Source of the DNA: a virus
Taxonomy: Duplodnaviria > Caudoviricetes
Length of the DNA stretch: 64,000 bases
IMG/VR virus record: IMGVR_UViG_3300032030_000040
Span: 1-64,000 of that record
Strand: one strand, 5' to 3'
Position 1 is the stretch's first letter; every line of letters begins with the position of its first letter. Below are positions 58,919 to 64,000 of this stretch, in pieces. The notes beneath the pieces are model-generated. The model saw only the letters and a list, made by a program, of their open reading frames with translations, was not told the DNA's origin and ran no database searches. The translations under genes were made by a program, and so were the position numbers.

Positions 58919-59422
58919 ATGATGACGTATCTTCTCATATCCGCCTTGCTGGTCGTGCTCTATCTGGGTGCGGCCACATGGCGGTTGCGGAAGCTGCCAG
59001 ACAGCGTTTCCGCATTGGTCTATGACCTTCCCAAGAAATGGCAGTGGGTGTGGTCTGCATGGCTGGCACTGGTGACGGTTCTCTTGGCTCCGGCTCTTAC
59101 TGAGGCCATGCCGTCCGAGTGGTATGCCATCGCTGCGCATATCTTCATCATATGCCTCGCCATGACAGCAGCCATGCCTCTTGTTCCTGGAAGTCACAAC
59201 AGGGCGCACTACGGACTCAGTATAGCTGCAGGGATTTTCTCTCAGGTGTGCGTGGCCATCATCGGCCCGTGGTGGCTACTTGTATGGCTCCTGTTCGTGG
59301 GGATTTTCTGCTATGCCATCACGGGGAAGGATAAGTCTGTCTTTGACGGTAAGGGCGTACTCGTCATTGAGATTATATGCTCTCTGTCTCTGATAGGGTG
59401 CCTGATTTGGAAACTAATGTAA
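58919..59422 (+). CDS. multi-pass membrane protein
   Basis: Five to six hydrophobic segments; LPDSVSALVY motif. Confidence 0.65.
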   Translation: MMTYLLISALLVVLYLGAATWRLRKLPDSVSALVYDLPKKWQWVWSAWLALVTVLLAPALTEAMPSEWYAIAAHIFIICLAMTAAMPLVPGSHNRAHYGLSIAAGIFSQVCVAIIGPWWLLVWLLFVGIFCYAITGKDKSVFDGKGVLVIEIICSLSLIGCLIWKLM

Positions 59423-59441
59423 AACTAAAAAGTACGAAGAC

Positions 59442-60524
59442 ATGAATGCTATCAGTAATCATTTTGCCATCACTGCACTGCAGGAAGGCGTGACCGTTCA
59501 GGGCTCCTTGCGTATCAACGGAACGCTGGCACAGAACTGGAACCCTCGCACGGGTGTACCCATCCCGAACTGGAAGGCAGACGCCTCTACACGTCCGTCA
59601 ATCTATCCAGTCATCCGTAAGGGCTCAGTATATATGACCCGCAACCAGATTAACAACGCAAAGTGGTACTATAACGGTCTGGAGATTTTCGATACAAACG
59701 GCAACTGCAAAATCAAGGACTCTGCAGGCGATCCGATGTTCGAGCTTGGCACTACGACTGTAGAGCTGAACGGTGTGTCGTATTCTCTGGATAAGCTGAC
59801 CATCATAGGAAACGTGGCCAGCGAGGGCAATACCGATATCGACACTATCAGCTATCAGGGCAGCGTGGAGCTGAACGGAAAGCAGATAGCCTTCCCGTTG
59901 TGTTCTGTGGATATCAAGATTTCCCAGATGTCAACGACGGGATATCTGGGTCTGTTGTCGCCTGAGAGTGCCATCATCAGCGAGAAGGGGCAGAGCGTCG
60001 ATATCACGGCTACGCTGTATGACGATGCAGGACAGCAGCCTACGACATGGTTTGCCAAGTGGTTCGATGCTGGTACTGGCTCTGAAATCACAGCAGCCCG
60101 TGGTAAGAAGAAGCTCACCATTACTGAGGCTCAGGTGACGGACAATCTGGTCATCCGCTGTGACTTCTATACGGACAGCGCCTACACGAACAAGGTCACG
60201 TCGGCCTTTGCGTCCATTGATGACACACAGGACCCAGAGTATCTGTATGTGTCGCTGAACGGAAGCAATTCTGACTTCAGTGGCCAGCTGTCACCAGGCG
60301 AGAGCTGTACCGTCACCATGTGGGTAGCCACCATGGAGGACAGCACGGCAATCAACACTGGCTATTCGAGATTCGACGTGAAGTTCTACGACGGCAATCA
60401 GGCCGAGATAGTGTCAGGGACACCGAATGTCAGCGTCAGCAACAGCAAGGGCCAGACGACTATCACGTATGACTTTGTGGCTTCGCACGGCTATAAGATT
60501 GTCGGCATTGTCACAGCTCAGTAA
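59442..60524 (+). CDS. tail structural protein (Ig-like)
   Basis: 360 aa, S/T/G-rich, IDDTQDP motif. Confidence 0.65.
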   Translation: MNAISNHFAITALQEGVTVQGSLRINGTLAQNWNPRTGVPIPNWKADASTRPSIYPVIRKGSVYMTRNQINNAKWYYNGLEIFDTNGNCKIKDSAGDPMFELGTTTVELNGVSYSLDKLTIIGNVASEGNTDIDTISYQGSVELNGKQIAFPLCSVDIKISQMSTTGYLGLLSPESAIISEKGQSVDITATLYDDAGQQPTTWFAKWFDAGTGSEITAARGKKKLTITEAQVTDNLVIRCDFYTDSAYTNKVTSAFASIDDTQDPEYLYVSLNGSNSDFSGQLSPGESCTVTMWVATMEDSTAINTGYSRFDVKFYDGNQAEIVSGTPNVSVSNSKGQTTITYDFVASHGYKIVGIVTAQ

Positions 60525-60555
60525 CCAATATGTATTACCTCTAAACAAGTAGTAG

Positions 60556-63500
60556 ATGCAACCACTCATATCAAACACCTTTTCCGTGTCAGCCCTCAAG
60601 GAAGGTAAGGATGCCTATGTCCTTGACCTGACAAATCAGATGAACTCTATTCCCGTGGATGCAAACGGTAAGGTGACGTATGCCACTACACTCACAACCG
60701 TAGCCCGTATCATGAAAGGTGCGGACTACGTGCGTGAGAACATCGGCCTGCCGTCTGCCAGTTCCCTGAAAATCGGTGATGTCACTCCGACGGTCACGAA
60801 CAACGGGGGACTCGTCACGATAGAATGGAAGTTCACGACGGCCCACACACTGACATCTGAGAGGTATGTCAAGACCATTCAGATGACCCATGACGGTAAG
60901 TCGTATTCAGCAGACTATGTTGCGAGGACGGATAAGAGCGGTGCTATCTACGACCTTCTGACATCCATGACAGAGGTTCCTTTTGTCAGGGATTCAGACT
61001 ACAAGCTCATACCAGAGAAGCAGACCATCTATTGCGGTTACACCAAGAACCAGAACGGCACGATAACGTCCTTCAACGGAAAGACAGCCAGCCACTTGTC
61101 AAACATCGACAGCAAGTACTACATCTATTACCGCATGGTAAACGGGGACGGTACGTTCGGAAGCTGGACGAACATGACCACAAGCGGTATCGAGGTGAAG
61201 AACAGCGACACCTACGCAGGTATTGAGTTTGTCTTTTCTTCTGCAACAGCCAAGGCGAATGTGGCAGACTCCAACATCATAGACCGTGAGACGGTGCCTA
61301 TCGTCAGGCAGAGTGAACGTGGCTACGGTATCGTCACATCGGTACAGCGTGACAACTTCACGGAAGCACAGTGGAACACGGACCCAGGCTATGGCGTGGT
61401 AGGCCATGAAGAGACGTGGGACAGCACAAGTGGCATCAGGAATAACGCTCGCATCGGTGACCTCTTTACTGTAGTAGGAAAGGCCACCGACACGGGTAAC
61501 GGCCACACGGCCACTTACCGATGCACGAACAGCAGTGGCAATCTGAAGGGTATCTGTATTGCCCACCAGATTGCGAAGGCTGGTGAGACGGCTTTCACGG
61601 CTGACATATCAAACGAGGCAGACCTCTTCGGTACCGATGCAAGCGGAAAGGTCATCGAGGCCCAGCAGAGAAGCACGAAAGGCCACCTGTTCTATGGCAC
61701 GAAGCGCCAGACGCTAAGTGAGAACCCGACGGTGAGCCTTACATACGCATCAAGCGGAAGCGCAGTTCCTTCAACGGTAGCTGCTGCAACCACCCTGACG
61801 GGTAAAGACACGGAAGAGGCGGATATTACAATAACCTTGAAGGCCAATCAGACGATTACGGATGCCATCTATGCGGATATCACTCTCAAGTGTGATAAAG
61901 GTACAAAGGTTTGTCGTTTCACGCTGAAGCCTGTCAAGTCAGGAAGTAACGGTGTCAGTCCTGAGCTGTGGCAGCTCGCTCTTGACAAGGATGACCTCTC
62001 TTTCAGCCGAAATGATGACAACTCGCTTTCTCCTGACAGCATTACCCTCCATGCCTATGCGGAAAAGACCGTAGGGGCAACGACTACCAAGCACACGTCA
62101 GCCGTAACAGGTCTGTCTATCAGCTGGGGCTATGATGAGGAAGACGCACAGGAAACGGATAAGGCTATCGGAACGGCTATCTCCGTCAGCAATTCAACGG
62201 CTGCATCCAAGCGTTTTGTGTGGGTAGAGCTCTACCAGAGTGGAGTGTCTGGATGGATAGACCGTGAGACGGTGCCTATCAACAAGGACGGTAAGGTAGG
62301 TGAGACAGGTAACGGTATCAAGTCAGTAACGTTATACAGAATGTTCACCATGGTATTCTCTGCCCCGTCGATAACCGATAGCGGATGGATAAGCGAGAAC
62401 AACAGCAACTACCCGACACCTTCAGGACTGACCAAGGAGAAGAGATACCTGTGGCAGAAGAAGGTAACGACATACGAAAAGACCAGCACGACCTACGAGA
62501 TATCGCTGGTGGCTCAACTGGATTCGGGAATCTGTGAGAACCTTCTGGAAGATACGGGCTTCAATTCTGAGGGACAGATGGAAGCCTGGGAGCTTATATC
62601 GAAATACGTTCCAGACTCCCTTACAGTCGAAAGTGGGGCTGGTATCAAGAATGGTACTCAGGGCCATAACGCATACTATGACAAGACCGCCTACGGTTCC
62701 GACAAGCTGACATACAAGGAAGTCCTGAAGCAGAAGGTTTGGGAGTATGGAACGAATGGCATCAAGAAGATAGAGTATTCGGAATGGTACACCTTCTCGT
62801 TCTGGGTGAAGGGAACATCATACACGAAGCTCAACACCTATATTTATCCGAGCTGTGTCAATCAGAGTGCGGATTTCTATATTGACGGTGTGAAGCAGTC
62901 ATCGGCTCCATCAGACGCAGGTGTGAGCTGGAACGTTACGGGAAGCTGGGTAAGGCACTCCGTGACCTTCAAGACCAAGAACTCGTTCTATAATTCGTCT
63001 GCGGCAGAATATTCTACTCAAGCCGTACTGTTCCGGCTTTTGCCTGCAGGGACCTCTTACAATGAGGTTTACATCTGTATGCCGAAGCTGGAGAAGAATA
63101 CCATTGCCACCGATTGGGTGGAGCATACCAATGACCGCATGGCAGACGATATCCAGCACGTCTTTGTAGGAGAGTGGTCAAGCGGAACCACATACTTCTA
63201 CGGCGGCGGTACTGGAGTGCGTCATGTAGTCCGTGCGAGGAAGTCCGCAACTGGAGCCAAGACCTATTTCCGTATGAAGAAGCGCACGACGAGTCAGGGC
63301 TACTACTCCATCAAGGAACCGTACAGCGATACGGCATATTGGGAGCAGGCCGACTACTTGAAGTTCGTGGCCACTGATTTCCTGCTTGCGGAGGAAATAG
63401 AGACCGACAAGCTGACTGTCACAAAAATCAAGGGAAAGAACAACTGTTTTGTGGTCGATGGTGACGGAAATGTGACTGCAAACTCTGGAACATTCAAGAA

Positions 63501-64000
63501 TGTAAAGATACAGAGTGGAGAAATAGCTGGATTCAAGATTAGCGGTACGGGGCTGACCAACGACCCGTTTACGAATGATGCTTATGTTATCTTCAGGAAT
63601 GATGCTCGAAAAGCCTTTGCGGGTATTGGTGGTAATGTTCTTCCTGCTGCCACTGGTTTACGTGCGGTCGCTCGTTTTGAAAATGAAGATCAGAATAACT
63701 ATTGGGGGCTTGGTGCGAACTATGCAATGATTCTGTCTGCCAAGAATGCAGATAGAAACTATGCTTATGCAGGTAGCGGTCATGGAGTCCTGAACGGTCA
63801 CGTCGTCGGCTATCAACTGAACGATTTCACGCCTTCATCCTCATTGAATGTGATTGACCCGAATAAAGGAAAGTATGTGCTGGTGAGAGGGTCTTACGGC
63901 ACTTGCTATCTGCCTACATTGTCGGTATGCCAAAACTTCCTTGGAGTTGGAACATCGGCAAAATTTGCCTTTGATTTGTATGTGGTAGGTGCATCAGGAA
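60556..64000 (+). CDS. long tail fibre / host-specificity protein, 3'-truncated (absent from ORF track)
   Basis: ATG 60556 (MQPLISNTFSVSALKEGKDAY...). The frame is open where I translated it, including the last codons. Repeated IDRETVPI, ENLLEDT.F...YTFSFWVKG...PKLEK carbohydrate-binding-like module. Confidence 0.85.
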   Translation, partial: MQPLISNTFSVSALKEGKDAYVLDLTNQMNSIPVDANGKVTYATTLTTVARIMKGADYVRENIGLPSASSLKIGDVTPTVTNNGGLVTIEWKFTTAHTLTSERYVKTIQMTHDGKSYSADYVARTDKSGAIYDLLTSMTEVPFVRDSDYKLIPEKQTIYCGYTKNQNGTITSFNGKTASHLSNIDSKYYIYYRMVNGDGTFGSWTNMTTSGIEVKNSDTYAGIEFVFSSATAKANVADSNIIDRETVPIVRQSERGYGIVTSVQRDNFTEAQWNTDPGYGVVGHEETWDSTSGIRNNARIGDLFTVVGKATDTGNGHTATYRCTNSSGNLKGICIAHQIAKAGETAFTADISNEADLFGTDASGKVIEAQQRSTKGHLFYGTKRQTLSENPTVSLTYASSGSAVPSTVAAATTLTGKDTEEADITITLKANQTITDAIYADITLKCDKGTKVCRFTLKPVKSGSNGVSPELWQLALDKDDLSFSRNDDNSLSPDSITLHAYAEKTVGATTTKHTSAVTGLSISWGYDEEDAQETDKAIGTAISVSNSTAASKRFVWVELYQSGVSGWIDRETVPINKDGKVGETGNGIKSVTLYRMFTMVFSAPSITDSGWISENNSNYPTPSGLTKEKRYLWQKKVTTYEKTSTTYEISLVAQLDSGICENLLEDTGFNSEGQMEAWELISKYVPDSLTVESGAGIKNGTQGHNAYYDKTAYGSDKLTYKEVLKQKVWEYGTNGIKKIEYSEWYTFSFWVKGTSYTKLNTYIYPSCVNQSADFYIDGVKQSSAPSDAGVSWNVTGSWVRHSVTFKTKNSFYNSSAAEYSTQAVLFRLLPAGTSYNEVYICMPKLEKNTIATDWVEHTNDRMADDIQHVFVGEWSSGTTYFYGGGTGVRHVVRARKSATGAKTYFRMKKRTTSQGYYSIKEPYSDTAYWEQADYLKFVATDFLLAEEIETDKLTVTKIKGKNNCFVVDGDGNVTANSGTFKNVKIQSGEIAGFKISGTGLTNDPFTNDAYVIFRNDARKAFAGIGGNVLPAATGLRAVARFENEDQNNYWGLGANYAMILSAKNADRNYAYAGSGHGVLNGHVVGYQLNDFTPSSSLNVIDPNKGKYVLVRGSYGTCYLPTLSVCQNFLGVGTSAKFAFDLYVVGASG

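Noticed and set aside
1-64000. tRNA, rRNA, integrase, lysis and replication genes
   Set aside because: None was recognised by eye; they may lie outside the window, so temperate lifestyle is inferred only from the regulator and moron-like gene.

Overview
The window is a 64-kb internal piece of a large tailed phage or prophage, most likely with a Bacteroidales (Prevotella-like) host. The evidence is the TTTG-N19/20-TAnnTTTG promoters, A-rich start regions and a Bacteroidales-type DAHP synthase/chorismate mutase. Almost all genes are on the + strand. In order: the end of a PRTRC (E2/ThiF ubiquitin-like) cassette; an early operon with a radical SAM enzyme, DAHP synthase-chorismate mutase and acyl carrier protein; a divergent control region (tandem-HTH regulator versus a predicted antisense sRNA); three ParB-domain genes (one fused to a SAM-transferase fold), a HAD-like gene and a CmoA-like carboxy-SAM synthase directly before the terminase; tail genes and tape measure; about 14 kb of accessory genes behind repeated promoters; head genes; tail-fibre genes containing a complete diversity-generating retroelement (VR, TR, RT, no avd); and a long tail-fibre ORF running off the end. 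Best candidates for undescribed biology: (1) a phage-encoded prephenate to carboxy-SAM to probable DNA carboxymethylation pathway; (2) a structured sRNA, plus two 3'-UTR look-alikes, complementary to a 5' leader shared by six phage operons; (3) an avd-less DGR whose RT carries a fused C-terminal domain. Protein family calls come from motif recognition by eye, not from database searches.
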